DNA from: an uncultured delta proteobacterium | Lineage (GTDB): Bacteria; Myxococcota_A; Polyangia; Fen-1088 | Direction of reading: 5' to 3' | DNA: 64,000 nt | NCBI GenBank assembly: GCA_963767925.1 | Contig: CAVYGB010000013.1 | Coordinates: forward strand, 160,001 to 224,000 | Shown: one piece after another, positions 46,007 to 57,010 of the stretch | Layout: each line of letters starts with the position of its first letter | Position numbering within the stretch: the first letter of the stretch is position 1 | The notes under the pieces: model-generated | What the model saw: only the letters and a program-made list of their open reading frames with translations | The model's database searches: none | What the model was told of the DNA's origin: nothing | Position numbers and translations under genes: made by a program

Positions 46007-47557
46007 ATGGGCAGCGAGGGCAAGACGCTCGGTGGGCCGGATCTGGAAAAGGGTGTTTCCTGGGGCGAGCTGGCGGAGGGGACGCCGCTGCTCGGGCACG
46101 GGTTCGGCGAGGCGGTGATGCTGGTGCGCCGGGGGCAGTCGGTGTTCGCCATCGGCGCCACCTGCACCCACTACAGCGGGCCCCTGGCCGAGGGGCTGGT
46201 GGTGGGCGAGACGGTCCGCTGCCCCTGGCACCACGCCTGTTTCAGCCTGCGAACCGGGGAGCCGCTGGGCGCCCCGGCCCTGAACCCGGTTCCTTGTTAC
46301 GAGGTCGAGCGCGCGCAGGATCTCGTGCGCCTGCGGGGCCCGCGGGCCGGCGCCCCCGTGCGGGTGCCAGCGCGGAGCCCCAGCGCGGTGGTCATCGTCG
46401 GGGCGGGACCGGCCGGGAACGCCTGCGCCGAGACGCTGCGCCGGGAGGGGTTCGACGGGCCGATCGCCCTGGTGGGGGACGAGCCGCCCGGACCTGTGGA
46501 TCGTCCCAACCTGTCGAAGGACTACCTGGCCGGGACGGCCCCCGAGGAGTGGATGCCCCTGCGCGGCCCGGAGCACTATGCCGGGCTGAAGATCGACTTC
46601 GTGCTGGGGGATCCGGCGGTGCGTCTGGACACCGCCGGGCACCGCCTGCACCTGCAGAGCGGCCGGGAGCTGGAATACGGGGCGCTGGTCCTCGCCACCG
46701 GGGCCCAGCCGCGGCGGCTGACGGTGCCGGGCGCCGATCAGCGACACGTCCACTACCTGCGCACGCTGGCCGACAGCCGGGCCATCATCGCGGCGGCCAG
46801 CGGGGCCCGGCGGGCGGCGCTCGTGGGGTCGAGCTTCATCGGGCTCGAGGTGGCGGCCTCGCTGCGCAAGCGCGGGCTGGAGGTGCACGTGGTGGGGCCG
46901 GAGAAGGTGCCGCTCGGGCGGGTGCTCGGCGACGAGGTGGGGGCCTTCGTGCGGCAGGTTCACGAGCAGAACGGGGTGCAGTTTCACCTCGGCGATGCGG
47001 TTGTGGAGATCCACGCCGACGGGGTCGGGCTACACAGCGGAGCGCGGGTAACGGCGGATCTGGTCGTCGCCGGGATCGGGGTGGTGCCGCGCACCGAGCT
47101 GGCCCAGGCGGCGGGGCTGGCGGTGGACAACGGGATCACGGTCGACGAGGGGCTGCGCACGAGCGCGTCCGATGTCTTCGCGGCGGGGGACGTGGCCCGG
47201 GTGCCGGATGCGCGGACGGGGAGCGCGGTGCGGGTCGAGCACTTCGTGGTGGCGGAGCGGCAGGGGCAGGCAGCGGCGCGCTCGTTGCTGGGGGTGGGGG
47301 GGCCCTATCGAGACGTGCCGTTCTTCTGGAGTCAGCACCACGACGTCACCTTGTCTTATGTCGGACACGCGCCGAGCTGGGACCGGATCGAGGCGCGGGG
47401 GAGTCTGGCGGCGCGGGACTACGTTGCGTTTTATCTGCGGCGGGGGCGGGTGCTGGCGGCGCTGACGGTGGGGCGGGATGGGCTCGGGTTGCGGGTGGAG
47501 GCGGCGCTGGCGGCGGGGGATGAGGCGGCGCTGGCGGCGCTGATCCGTAGCGCCTGA
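46007..47557 (+). CDS. Rieske 2Fe-2S + FAD-dependent pyridine nucleotide oxidoreductase
   Basis: CTHY..CPWH Rieske motif, GAGPAG, DRPNLSK, GSSFIGLE, AAGD, VPFFWS. Confidence 0.93.
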   Translation: MGSEGKTLGGPDLEKGVSWGELAEGTPLLGHGFGEAVMLVRRGQSVFAIGATCTHYSGPLAEGLVVGETVRCPWHHACFSLRTGEPLGAPALNPVPCYEVERAQDLVRLRGPRAGAPVRVPARSPSAVVIVGAGPAGNACAETLRREGFDGPIALVGDEPPGPVDRPNLSKDYLAGTAPEEWMPLRGPEHYAGLKIDFVLGDPAVRLDTAGHRLHLQSGRELEYGALVLATGAQPRRLTVPGADQRHVHYLRTLADSRAIIAAASGARRAALVGSSFIGLEVAASLRKRGLEVHVVGPEKVPLGRVLGDEVGAFVRQVHEQNGVQFHLGDAVVEIHADGVGLHSGARVTADLVVAGIGVVPRTELAQAAGLAVDNGITVDEGLRTSASDVFAAGDVARVPDARTGSAVRVEHFVVAERQGQAAARSLLGVGGPYRDVPFFWSQHHDVTLSYVGHAPSWDRIEARGSLAARDYVAFYLRRGRVLAALTVGRDGLGLRVEAALAAGDEAALAALIRSA

Positions 47558-47582
47558 ACGCCTTCTGCCTCTGAAAAGACGA

Positions 47583-47615
47583 AGCCCGCGTCCGGCACGA
47601 GGCCAGACGCGGGCT
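47583..47615. terminator. Hairpin between convergent genes
   Basis: AGCCCGCGTC / GACGCGGGCT stem. Confidence 0.55.
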
Positions 47616-47635
47616 CCTGATCAGTCAGCGGGCGC

Positions 47636-49204
47636 TCAGAGCATCGGTTCGCAGCGCTCCGGGCCGGTGGTGCCGGTGGGGACGCGGCAGACCAGGCCGT
47701 TGCCGCAGACGTCGTCCTCGCAGCAGGGCTGGGCGGCGCCGCCGCAGGCCTGGCAGGTGCCGTTGCCCATGCCCTGGCAGACGGTGGTGCCGCGGCAGGC
47801 CCGGCCCGCGCAGCAGACCTGGCCGCCGGCTCCGCAGGCCTGGCAGGTCTGGGGCAACACGCCCGCGTCGCCTGCGCCCGCAGCGCCGAGGCAGCGCAGC
47901 TCCGGCTGGCAGTTGTTGCCCGCGCAGCAGCCGGCGCTGGCCGCGCCGCAGGTGCTCACGCAGATGCCGGGCCCGGGGCCCGGATCGTTGCAGGCCAGCC
48001 CGGTCCCGCAGACCGAGCCCGGACAGCAAGATTCGTTGGCCTTGCCACAGGACAGGCAGATCGACTGCACGCCCATGCCCATCGCCACGCAGAGGAGGTT
48101 CTGATCGCAGGGCGAGTCCCCCGTGCAGCAGGGCAGGTTCGGACCGCCGCAGGCCCCGCACTGGTTCGGCATCCCCGAGGGACGGTCGATGCACTTGCCG
48201 GGGGCGGTGCAGGCGTTGCCGGCGCAGCAGCGCTGGTCCGTGCCGCCGCAGGCCTCGCAGGTGGTGGCCGCGCCCATGCCCGGGGCGTTGCAGACGCTGC
48301 CGGGGTTGCAGGTGTTGTTCGGCACGCAGCAGGGGTTGCCCGGGCTGCCACAGGCGCTCACGCAGCTATCGGGGCCGGCGGTGTTGCCGCAGACCAGGCC
48401 GACCTGGCAGCGGGTCTGGCCGCCCGCGGTGGGACAGCAGTTCTGGTTGGCGCCGCCGCAGGGCTGACAGATGTTGGCGGCGCAGGTGTTGCCGGAGTCG
48501 CAGGCCATCGCCGCGTTGCCGGTGCAGCAAGGCTGCATCGGTCCACCGCAGGTCCCGCACACGTCCGCCGCACCCATGGTGCCGTTCACGCAGCGGAGGG
48601 GCGCCTGACAGGCCGTGGCCGGTCCAGCTCCCGGGCAACAGGGCTCGCCCATGCCGCCGCAGGCGCGACAGCTCCCGCCGGTGCAGTTGTTTCCGGGATC
48701 GCAGGCGGTGGCGCCCATGCCGGCCACGCAGCAGGCCTGATCGCGGCCGCCGCAGGTGCCACAGGTGTCGAGCCCCTGGCCGGGGGCGTTGATGCAACGG
48801 AGCGGCGCCAGACAGGAGGTCGCGGGCCCGCCTTCACAGCAGGCCTGACCGTCGCCGCCGCAGGCCTGGCACAGGCCCGCCTGGTTGTTCGTGTCGCCCA
48901 CGCAGCTCGTGCCGCTCATGCAGGTGGTGGCCGGGCCGCCCCCGCAGCAGGGCTGGTCGGGGCCGCCGCAGGTGGTACAGGCTCCGGCCACGCAGCGCTG
49001 GCCCGCCAGGCAGACCGGGGTGCAGGTGTTCGTCACCACGCCGCCGAGCCCGGTGGCCGGGCTGGCGTCGATGCCCACGCTCGGCTTGGCCGAGGAGCAG
49101 GCCGCCAGGGCCAGGCCCAGCGCCATCCCCGCCCGTACGAGGAAGGTGGCTCCGGCGGCGGAGCGGGTTGTTCGGGACGGCGATCTGGCGGCGGCAAAAG
49201 GCAT
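47636..49204 (-). CDS. Cys-rich repeat lipoprotein
   Basis: Lipobox LAAC; more than 10 CGGxxQxCC repeats; AAGGAGGT RBS. Confidence 0.85.
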   Translation of the reverse strand: MPFAAARSPSRTTRSAAGATFLVRAGMALGLALAACSSAKPSVGIDASPATGLGGVVTNTCTPVCLAGQRCVAGACTTCGGPDQPCCGGGPATTCMSGTSCVGDTNNQAGLCQACGGDGQACCEGGPATSCLAPLRCINAPGQGLDTCGTCGGRDQACCVAGMGATACDPGNNCTGGSCRACGGMGEPCCPGAGPATACQAPLRCVNGTMGAADVCGTCGGPMQPCCTGNAAMACDSGNTCAANICQPCGGANQNCCPTAGGQTRCQVGLVCGNTAGPDSCVSACGSPGNPCCVPNNTCNPGSVCNAPGMGAATTCEACGGTDQRCCAGNACTAPGKCIDRPSGMPNQCGACGGPNLPCCTGDSPCDQNLLCVAMGMGVQSICLSCGKANESCCPGSVCGTGLACNDPGPGPGICVSTCGAASAGCCAGNNCQPELRCLGAAGAGDAGVLPQTCQACGAGGQVCCAGRACRGTTVCQGMGNGTCQACGGAAQPCCEDDVCGNGLVCRVPTGTTGPERCEPML

Positions 49205-49534
49205 GGCGACCTCCTTCAAGAGCAGGGAAAAACGCGTCCGAGCAGGGGGAAAAGGCTCGGTCCATCCGTCTGGGAAGGCGCGCGCCTCGTGAGGCCTCGA
49301 GGTAACGCCTTCGCACAGGCGCGTACATATTGCCCGAAAGGCTCACCCTGTCTTCATCAAACTCGCTCGTTGGCGGGAACCTTTGCGGATCGTCCCCCCC
49401 CCAGGTCGCCCAAAACGTCGCCCCGGACATCGTCCCAAACGTCGCTGCATCCTGGGTGCCCCCGGCCCGCGTCACAACAGAGAGATAACCCGGCGCGGGA
49501 TCGCGCCGGCCCCGCGCCGCGCAGGCGCCGCCGA

Positions 49535-51367
49535 CTACCGCGCCCGCTCAGCGCAGGACGAAGAGGCGGGCGCTGTGGGGGGGAGGGTCAGCTCGAGGTT
49601 GCCCTTCTTCTTGCCGAGCGCCTGGCCGCTCCAGAAGTCGGTGACCTCGGCGGGGCGCTCGAGGCGCGCGGAGAGGGCGCGCGGCTGGTCCTCGTCGTTG
49701 AACAGGCAGAGCATCGCGGTGCCGCCCACGGTCGACCGACCCACCCGCAGCGTCTCGTCGTCGAACTGCGCCGCCCGCGCCGTCGCGGGGAGCAGCTTGC
49801 GCAACATGGCCAGGCGGGCCGGCGGGATCGCGGTGAGGTCGTCGCCCGAGAGGATCATGCCCCCGCTGGCGAACACGGCGGTGGCGTGAAACTGGTACTC
49901 CGCCTCGGGCAGGTCGCCGGTGAGCACCACCGCGTCCGAGTCGTTCCACCACAGGCGGCCGTTTTGCCAGTTCCGGCTGAGGTTCTGGCGGGTGATCTTC
50001 TTGAAGACCGGCCAGGTGCGCTTGACGTCGCCGGAGCTGCGTGAGCCGTGGATCAGCCCGAACGAGCCCCAGATGGGGTGGTTGCAGCCCAGGATGAAGC
50101 TCGACCCGGCCCCCCGCAGGATCGCCTGCATGCCGCGCCGGTAGGCCTCGATGCGCGTCGCCTTGGGGTCGTGCAGCTTGCCCCCGTGCATGGCCCCCCA
50201 GAAGTTGGCGTCGAGCTTGAAATAGGTGCAGCCCCACTGCTCGCGCATGGTGCGAAAGAGCTGCTCGAAGTGCTTCTGGACCTCGGGGTGGCTGCCGTCG
50301 AGGGCGTACCAGGGACCGCGCCGCCAGCCCCCGAAGGTGACGGTGTTGGAGGGCAGGGGACGGCCCGCGTGTTCCCCCGACTGGCCCTTGATGAACCAGT
50401 CCGGGTGCTGCTGGAACACCTTGGACCCCGCCTCGGCCACGAATGGCGCCACCCAGATCGCCGGCTCGAAGCCGCGCTTCTTGATCTGGGCGAGCACGCC
50501 CTTGATGTCGCCGCCGAAGGCCTTGCCGGTGTCGAGCCAGTCGCCCATCGCCGACTGGTAGCCGTCGTCGATCTGGACGTAGCGCAGGGCCGGGACCTGC
50601 TTGGCGATGAAGTCGAGGTTGTCGCTCACCTGCTGGGCGGTCACCCGGGGCCCGAAGCAGTACCAGGAGCACCAGCCGGTGGGGGGCTTGTCGAACTTCA
50701 GCGGGGGGTGGTTGGCGTTGATCCGATCGGCGAGCCCGGCCAGCAGGGGCTCGCGCGCCGGGCCGGTGGCGAAGTACAGCTCCTCTAGGTCCCAGCTCTC
50801 GCCGGGGCCGAGGGCCAGCCCCTCGGCGTCGAGCACGCCCTCGAGGTTGCCCGGGCGCAGGTAGAACCGCCCCACGAAGCGGCGGCACGAGCTCCAGGCC
50901 AGGGCCACCGGGGCCTGGCCCGGGGCGGTGAGGGTGAGCAGCCCGGTGACGGCGTGGCGGACGTCCGCCGGCTGGGGCATGCGGTAATGCTTCACCTCGT
51001 CGTAGCCGAGGTTGACGGGGGCGCCGAGGCTGCCGCCGGTCTGCGACAGCATCTGGAAGCTCTCGCCGTACAGGCGGCTGTCGTCGGGGAGGTCGTGGCG
51101 GAGGGAGAAAAGGACGATCTCCTTCACCGCCACTGGCGCGGTCCCCGGGTTGGTCAGCCGGGCCCGGCAGGTGCCACCCGCCCAGGTCCGCTCGAGGCGG
51201 AGCTGCCGCCAGCCCGCCGCCTTGTCGTCGACCGGGACCACCCGCCCGGGGGCCGCCTTCAGCCGGGTCAGGCTCACGGGGGCGCTCCCCGGGCTGGCTG
51301 CCTCGGCGCGGGGGAGGGGGGCGAGCGCGCTCAGGGCCGCGAGGTCCAGGAACGTCCGGCGCTTCAT
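49535..51367 (-). CDS. Tat-exported alpha-galactosidase (GH36-like)
   Basis: KRRTFL Tat motif; GWCSWY, QIDDGYQ, IWVAPF, YFKLD. Confidence 0.88.
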   Translation of the reverse strand: MKRRTFLDLAALSALAPLPRAEAASPGSAPVSLTRLKAAPGRVVPVDDKAAGWRQLRLERTWAGGTCRARLTNPGTAPVAVKEIVLFSLRHDLPDDSRLYGESFQMLSQTGGSLGAPVNLGYDEVKHYRMPQPADVRHAVTGLLTLTAPGQAPVALAWSSCRRFVGRFYLRPGNLEGVLDAEGLALGPGESWDLEELYFATGPAREPLLAGLADRINANHPPLKFDKPPTGWCSWYCFGPRVTAQQVSDNLDFIAKQVPALRYVQIDDGYQSAMGDWLDTGKAFGGDIKGVLAQIKKRGFEPAIWVAPFVAEAGSKVFQQHPDWFIKGQSGEHAGRPLPSNTVTFGGWRRGPWYALDGSHPEVQKHFEQLFRTMREQWGCTYFKLDANFWGAMHGGKLHDPKATRIEAYRRGMQAILRGAGSSFILGCNHPIWGSFGLIHGSRSSGDVKRTWPVFKKITRQNLSRNWQNGRLWWNDSDAVVLTGDLPEAEYQFHATAVFASGGMILSGDDLTAIPPARLAMLRKLLPATARAAQFDDETLRVGRSTVGGTAMLCLFNDEDQPRALSARLERPAEVTDFWSGQALGKKKGNLELTLPPTAPASSSCAERAR

Positions 51368-51751
51368 CTTGCGTCACCTTTCTCGGGCCGCTGGCCCGGT
51401 CGAACCTTGGGGCTATCCAATCGCGGGGGGCGGGGAGCTCGCTTCTAGCCCGGAAGCGAGGCGGGCCTGAAACGGATTCGAAACCGGGTTGTCCGAATTA
51501 ACTGTAAAAGACGTGACATTTCAGACACGGGCTACAAATTTGCCGCCGCGGTCGGCCAGGACCCCGAAAACCGGCCCGCCGCTCCCGGGCGACCATACCC
51601 CTGAGCGTGCCGATTCGGACACGATTTCCGCCCTTTTCATAAACTTTTGGCTTCACACGGGCCACTGGTGATGCGAGGTTCGCCACTGGCCGGAAAACGT
51701 TCGAACCGGTCAATTTCGACCCATTCCCAAATCGGGGGAGAGAGGCTGACG

Positions 51752-54502
51752 ATGCGAATAGCCCTTGCTTGTCGTGTGCTGCTGGTTGCGTCGCTGTGTC
51801 TGCTTCCGGAGCTGGTGCATGCCCAAGGCGGCGTCCTCGGGAGCATCGTCGGTAACGTTTTCGACCAGACCGGTCAGCCGCTGAGCGGTGTGAAGGTCGT
51901 CGCCGAATCCCCCACCCAGATCGGCGGCGTGCGGGTCACGTACACGAACTCCGAGGGTGGCTTCCGCTTCAACGCCCTCCAGCCCGGGACGTTCTCCGTC
52001 ATGGCGACCGCGGTGAGGCTGAACGCCGTCCACCAGAAGGGGATCAAGGTCGGCACCCAGGCCCCCTCGGAGGTGACCCTGCTGATGGAGGTCGCCACCG
52101 CCACCGAGGAGGTCAAGGTCATCGAGCGCGCGCCCATCGTCTCGACCAGCACGGCGAACGTGAAGGAGCAGTGGGACGAGGAGTTCATCGACAACCTCCC
52201 GCTCGAGACCCGCACCTCGGTCGAGGAGCTGGTGGGGGCCTCCACCCCGGGCGCCAACTACGCCGGCGAGCGCCAGATGCGGGTGCGCGGTGGCAACACC
52301 CAGCAGAACCTGTTCCTCGTCGACGGCTTCAACCTCTCGGGCTTCAAGACCCTGTACAAGTCGGTCTCCTCGGTCGAGGTGTCGACCGCCGGCTATGGCG
52401 CCGACGGGGCCATCGCCCCCGGCGGCCTCGTCAGCATGGTGACCAAGGGCGGCTCCAACAAATACGAGCTCGACGTCAACGGCTTCCACGAGGACAGCCT
52501 GCTGCGGGCCGCCACCGATCAGAGCGACGAGGTGCCGCGCGACTGGCGCATGTACATCAACCCGAACTTCTCGGGCCCCATCATCAAGGACAAGCTCTGG
52601 TTCTTCGTCAACGGCGAGGCCCGCGACGAGCGCTACTCGCGCGGCGCCGACCCCAGCGGCTTTTTCCCCCGCCGGCCCACCCAGCACTACTGGAACTACC
52701 GGGCCACCACCAAGCTCACCTGGCAGATGTCCCCCCGCAACAAGCTGCAGCACTTCAGCTTCTGGAGCTGGGACTGGTCGCGCAACCGCGACGCCAACTT
52801 CGCCACCGACGAGGAGGCCCAGCGCAAGCGTGAGCGGACCGCCTTCTTCCAGGGCATCACCTTCGAGTCGCTCGTGCGCGACAACCTGTTCTTCAAGAGC
52901 CAGATCGGGTTCGGACTGCGCCAGGAGGCGCAGTCGCCCCAGTCCTGTCTCATCGACGAGGTGGGCTGCCTGCACACCGTCCCCATCGTCCAGACCATCC
53001 CCCAGACGATCAACCTGGCGAACTACAACCTGCTCCAGCAGGACGACATCAAGCAGATCGAGTTCGTCAACGAGATCCAGTGGTACCTCAACAGCAAGAC
53101 GTTCGGTGACCACGCCATCAAGGTGCAGTCCCGCTACTACAGCCAGGGCCAGTCGGTCGCCCAGGCCACCCCGGGCGACAAGGTGCTCCGGTTCGCCGGC
53201 GCGATGCCCGATCGCCAGACCACCTGGTTCTCCAACGACCCCCGCTTCGACGAGGCTCGCTACGGGTACGCCATCTTCACCAGCTCGGGGACCCGCTTCA
53301 CCAACTTCGTCCAGGACGCGGCCCGCCTGACCCGCTACTGGACGGTGACCCCCGGTCTCGCTCTGACCGCGGCCTCGTCCAGCAACAGCCGCGGGCTCAC
53401 CGTCACCGACGGTGTCTCGCTGACCCCCCACATCTCGACCGCCTGGGACGCCACCCACGACGGGCGGACCGTCCTGCGCGCCAGCTTCAACCAGTACGTC
53501 GATCCGGACGTGGGCCGGCTCGCCCGGCACTCGCTCGGCACCCGCGTCTCGCAGGAATGCCGCTGGAACGCGGCCAACCAGGCCTACACCGACAGCTGCG
53601 TCTATTCGGGCGGCGTGCCCGGCGCCACCGTGGGGCTGCCCTGCGGCCCGAGCGGCGTCGATGCCAACGGCAACTCCTGCCGGCAGGCGCTCAAGGTGCC
53701 CCGGACCTGGGAGTACACCGCGGGCGCCGAGCGGGAGGTCCTCCCCGGCCTGGGCCTGGGCCTCGACTTCGTCTACCGCGACTTCACCAACCCCTACGCC
53801 ACCAAGGAGACCAACCGGGTCTGGGATCGTTCGGCCGCAGGCTGGGAGCCCACCGGGGCCTACCGCAACGGCCGGCCCGAGGCCATCATCGATCTCGAGA
53901 CCCCGAGCGAGGCCCGCCGCAAGTATCAGGGGGTGACCTTCGCTGCCCACAAGCGCGAGGGCGAGCTCAAGATCAGCGCGAGCTACACCTGGAGCCACAC
54001 CTACGGCAACTCGTTCGACACCGAGAGCAACGCCTGGGGCGACATCCCCCCGCGCGACCTCTTCCTGTGGGGCGACATGCCGGATGACGCCCGCCACGTC
54101 ATCAAGACCACCCTGAACTACCGCTTCACCCCCTGGCTGTCCTGCGGCGTCCTCTACCAGTACCGCTCGGGCACCCCCTACAACCGCTGGTACTACAACA
54201 GCTCGACCAGCGCCTACGACGTCCTGCGGGCGCGGGTCGGCGTCAACCCCGGCACCAACATCAACGACCCCGGCGACGACCGCGCGCTGCGGCTGCCCGA
54301 CGTCCAGTCGTTCAACATCCAGCTCCGGGCCAACTTGCGGCCCATCCTCAAGACCGACCTCGAGCTCTGGTCGGACATCCAGAACCTGCTCGCCCTCCGT
54401 ACCACGACCAGCGTCGTCACCGAGGACGGGCCGCGCTTCGGAGTTCCCGAGGGGCGCATGGGCCCGATGCTGGTCCGTCTGGGTTTCCGGTACCGCTACT
54501 GA
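51752..54502 (+). CDS. TonB-dependent receptor, Oar-like, with N-terminal carboxypeptidase-regulatory-like domain
   Basis: Signal peptide; GSIVGNVFDQTGQPLSGV; plug LVDG..GG.VSMVTKGGSN; SGPIIKDKLWFF; C-terminal RLGFRYRY. Confidence 0.9.
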   Translation: MRIALACRVLLVASLCLLPELVHAQGGVLGSIVGNVFDQTGQPLSGVKVVAESPTQIGGVRVTYTNSEGGFRFNALQPGTFSVMATAVRLNAVHQKGIKVGTQAPSEVTLLMEVATATEEVKVIERAPIVSTSTANVKEQWDEEFIDNLPLETRTSVEELVGASTPGANYAGERQMRVRGGNTQQNLFLVDGFNLSGFKTLYKSVSSVEVSTAGYGADGAIAPGGLVSMVTKGGSNKYELDVNGFHEDSLLRAATDQSDEVPRDWRMYINPNFSGPIIKDKLWFFVNGEARDERYSRGADPSGFFPRRPTQHYWNYRATTKLTWQMSPRNKLQHFSFWSWDWSRNRDANFATDEEAQRKRERTAFFQGITFESLVRDNLFFKSQIGFGLRQEAQSPQSCLIDEVGCLHTVPIVQTIPQTINLANYNLLQQDDIKQIEFVNEIQWYLNSKTFGDHAIKVQSRYYSQGQSVAQATPGDKVLRFAGAMPDRQTTWFSNDPRFDEARYGYAIFTSSGTRFTNFVQDAARLTRYWTVTPGLALTAASSSNSRGLTVTDGVSLTPHISTAWDATHDGRTVLRASFNQYVDPDVGRLARHSLGTRVSQECRWNAANQAYTDSCVYSGGVPGATVGLPCGPSGVDANGNSCRQALKVPRTWEYTAGAEREVLPGLGLGLDFVYRDFTNPYATKETNRVWDRSAAGWEPTGAYRNGRPEAIIDLETPSEARRKYQGVTFAAHKREGELKISASYTWSHTYGNSFDTESNAWGDIPPRDLFLWGDMPDDARHVIKTTLNYRFTPWLSCGVLYQYRSGTPYNRWYYNSSTSAYDVLRARVGVNPGTNINDPGDDRALRLPDVQSFNIQLRANLRPILKTDLELWSDIQNLLALRTTTSVVTEDGPRFGVPEGRMGPMLVRLGFRYRY

Positions 54503-54532
54503 TCGGAGTCGGTCGACCGCGACCCGCGCCGG

Positions 54533-54557
54533 CGGGGGGGCCAGGCCCCCCCGTTTT
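54533..54557 (+). terminator. Putative intrinsic terminator
   Basis: G/C stem (CGGGGGGGCC..GGCCCCCCCG) followed by TTTT. Confidence 0.65.
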
Positions 54558-54761
54558 CGTCGGTGGGTCGCAAACGTTTTCCTCGATGAAAAAGCCCCTG
54601 AAATCCTCCTCCGGTGCAGGAAACCAACATGGTCTTCGAGCCGGATTCGCTGGCGCGCCCGGGGGCGATTCGCGACATTCGGGCGGCCGAACGACGACGG
54701 CGTTCCACCACCCTCGAGGCGGGCCCACCCCCGGCGGAGCATCCCCGAAAGGAGCGCGAGC

Positions 54762-55964
54762 GTGATCCGATACCTGCGTCCCATCTTGCTGGTGGCCACC
54801 GTGGCGGGGGCAGGGACGGCCCGCGCCCAGGACACCCCCCAGGTCCAGTCCGCCGGCGCGCCGCCGCGCACCGCCTTGCAGGAGCTGAAGGACCGCATCC
54901 AGATCAAGGGCCGGGTGTTCGCCCGGCTTGACTACGAGCAGGCCGATCTCGACCGGGGCGGCGGCGTCGTCGCTCAGCAAGAAGGGCTCACCCCCTCGGT
55001 GGCGAGCGCCCGCGCCGGGATCGAAGCCCGCATCGTCGACGGCCTCAGCCTCGAGCTGGAGGCCGACTTCGTCGGCCGGCCCGAGGTCAAGGACGCCTTC
55101 CTGGCGGTCAAGACCAAGCGCTGGCGGGCGAAGGCGGGGCGCTTCAAGATGCCGATCTCGGCCTTCACCCAGGAGTCACCCTGGCGGCTGGCCCTCGCCC
55201 GCCGCGGCTGGCTGGAGGAGATCCTCTCGGATCGCCTGTTGCTCACCGGGCGCCGGGAGGGGGCCATGGGCGGCATCCAGGGCGGCGGCTACTGGGACCC
55301 AGCCTTCTCGGCTTCGGTCTTCCAGTCGGTGCGCTGGGGCGAGCTCGACGGCGATCCCATCACGATGCGCAACCCCGCCCACCTCACCACGCTGGGGCGG
55401 TTCTCCGTCAAGCCGAGCGGGGTGGAGCTTGGGCTGGTCGGGCAGCGGCGGGTCACCTACGCCGGCCGCGACGGCGAGGGCCCGCTGTCCCCCCTGCGCG
55501 AGCGCGCCTTCTGGACCCTGTCGCTCGATGCGACCGCCGACGTCGAGTTCGAGCGCACGGGCCTGCGGGTGTGGGCCGACGCGTTCGTCGGATCGAGCTG
55601 GTTCGACGCGCGGAACCTGGTCATCGACGTGACCGCCGAGGGGACCGCGATCGAGACCAACCGCTTCGTCAGCGGGCGCGCCCTGGCCGCCTTCCGCTGG
55701 GGTGGCCTCGAGCCGGGCGCCGGCTACCTGGAGGCCTTCGCCAGCGCGGGCGTGCTGGAGCCGGACCTGGCGACCACCTCCGACCTGTTCCTCGAGGTGA
55801 TGGCCGGCATCAACCTCGGTCACTGGCGCGAGACCCGACTCACGGCGCAGATCGAGCACGGCCGGGCGGGGCGCAACTTTCCGTCGCAGATCTTCCGGCC
55901 CTTCGGCGATGACGTGTTGACCCGCTTCGTGGCGCTGGTTTTTCAGGTCGGTGCGGCGTTTTAG
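54762..55964 (+). CDS. Outer-membrane porin (OprO/OprP-like)
   Basis: Signal peptide; ARAGIEA, ELEADF, VKDAF, AGRFKMP; C-terminal Phe. Confidence 0.65.
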   Translation: MIRYLRPILLVATVAGAGTARAQDTPQVQSAGAPPRTALQELKDRIQIKGRVFARLDYEQADLDRGGGVVAQQEGLTPSVASARAGIEARIVDGLSLELEADFVGRPEVKDAFLAVKTKRWRAKAGRFKMPISAFTQESPWRLALARRGWLEEILSDRLLLTGRREGAMGGIQGGGYWDPAFSASVFQSVRWGELDGDPITMRNPAHLTTLGRFSVKPSGVELGLVGQRRVTYAGRDGEGPLSPLRERAFWTLSLDATADVEFERTGLRVWADAFVGSSWFDARNLVIDVTAEGTAIETNRFVSGRALAAFRWGGLEPGAGYLEAFASAGVLEPDLATTSDLFLEVMAGINLGHWRETRLTAQIEHGRAGRNFPSQIFRPFGDDVLTRFVALVFQVGAAF

Positions 55965-56026
55965 CCCCACTTTCAGCCGGGCCAGGCTTCGCATAGAGTT
56001 CACATATTCTTGGAAAGGACGACACA

Positions 56027-56956
56027 ATGACACGCTTGACCCCGCGCCTCCTTAGACTCATCGCGTTCGTTGCCCTCGCGGGTTGCGGTACGGAAGACCC
56101 CATGATGAACGGGACGGGGGGAACGGGCGGCGGCACCGGCGGGACGGGCGGCAGCCCGACCGGCGGCAGCGGTGGAGCCGGTGGCAGCGGCGGATCAACC
56201 GGAGGCAGCGGCGGCACACCCACCGGTGGCACGGGCGGGGGCGCGACCGATGCGGCCACCCAGGGTGACGCCCCGGCCAGCACCGAATATTTCCCCTTCA
56301 AGGCCGGCAACCGCTGGACCCTCCAGGTCACCGAGCCCTCCTCGGTCCCCTACCGCAAGGAGCAGGTGGTCGTCGGGCTCGAGCCGGTTGGCGGGACCGG
56401 ACCGCACGCCGCCAGGATGGCCTTGCGGGTCGAGACCCGCAAATACGCCGTCGGCAACCCCCAGATGCTCGAGGACGCCACCATAAGCTGGCAGCTCCGC
56501 GAGGGGGACAAGATCCTGCGCTACCGCGAGACGAGCTGCACCCGGTTCTCGGCGATGCTCACGAACGATCGCATCACCGCCTGCACCGTCGACGTGGAGG
56601 ACTCCTGGGATCCGCCCCGCCTGCGCCTGGACGAGCGTCCCAACGGGGCGGCGCCAGTCAACGGCGTGACCTGGAACGAGACGTACACCGAGAGCAAGAA
56701 GAGCTACAACTACGCGGTCAACCCGCCTGCGGTGACCATGTCGTCCGCCTCGAACACCGACACCTGGACCGTCCTCGAGGCCAACGCGACGGTGACGGTG
56801 CCGGCCGGTTCCTTCAGCAACTGCATGGTGGTGCAGAAGAAGACCGCGGTCGCCCAGAACACGAAGACGTACTCGTTCTGCAAGGGCGTGGGCAAGGTGA
56901 AGGAGGCGGGATCGGGCCAGAACGAGGATCTGGCCACCTTGCCGACCCTGAGGTGA
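56027..56956 (+). CDS. Lipoprotein with Gly/Thr linker
   Basis: Lipobox LAGC; YFPFKAGNRW, VTVPAGSF and GVGKVKE motifs. Confidence 0.8.
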   Translation: MTRLTPRLLRLIAFVALAGCGTEDPMMNGTGGTGGGTGGTGGSPTGGSGGAGGSGGSTGGSGGTPTGGTGGGATDAATQGDAPASTEYFPFKAGNRWTLQVTEPSSVPYRKEQVVVGLEPVGGTGPHAARMALRVETRKYAVGNPQMLEDATISWQLREGDKILRYRETSCTRFSAMLTNDRITACTVDVEDSWDPPRLRLDERPNGAAPVNGVTWNETYTESKKSYNYAVNPPAVTMSSASNTDTWTVLEANATVTVPAGSFSNCMVVQKKTAVAQNTKTYSFCKGVGKVKEAGSGQNEDLATLPTLR

Positions 56957-57010
56957 CCGGAGCGGGAGGCAGCCGAACGGCGACACGATGAAGAACGGAG
57001 CGGGACCGCA

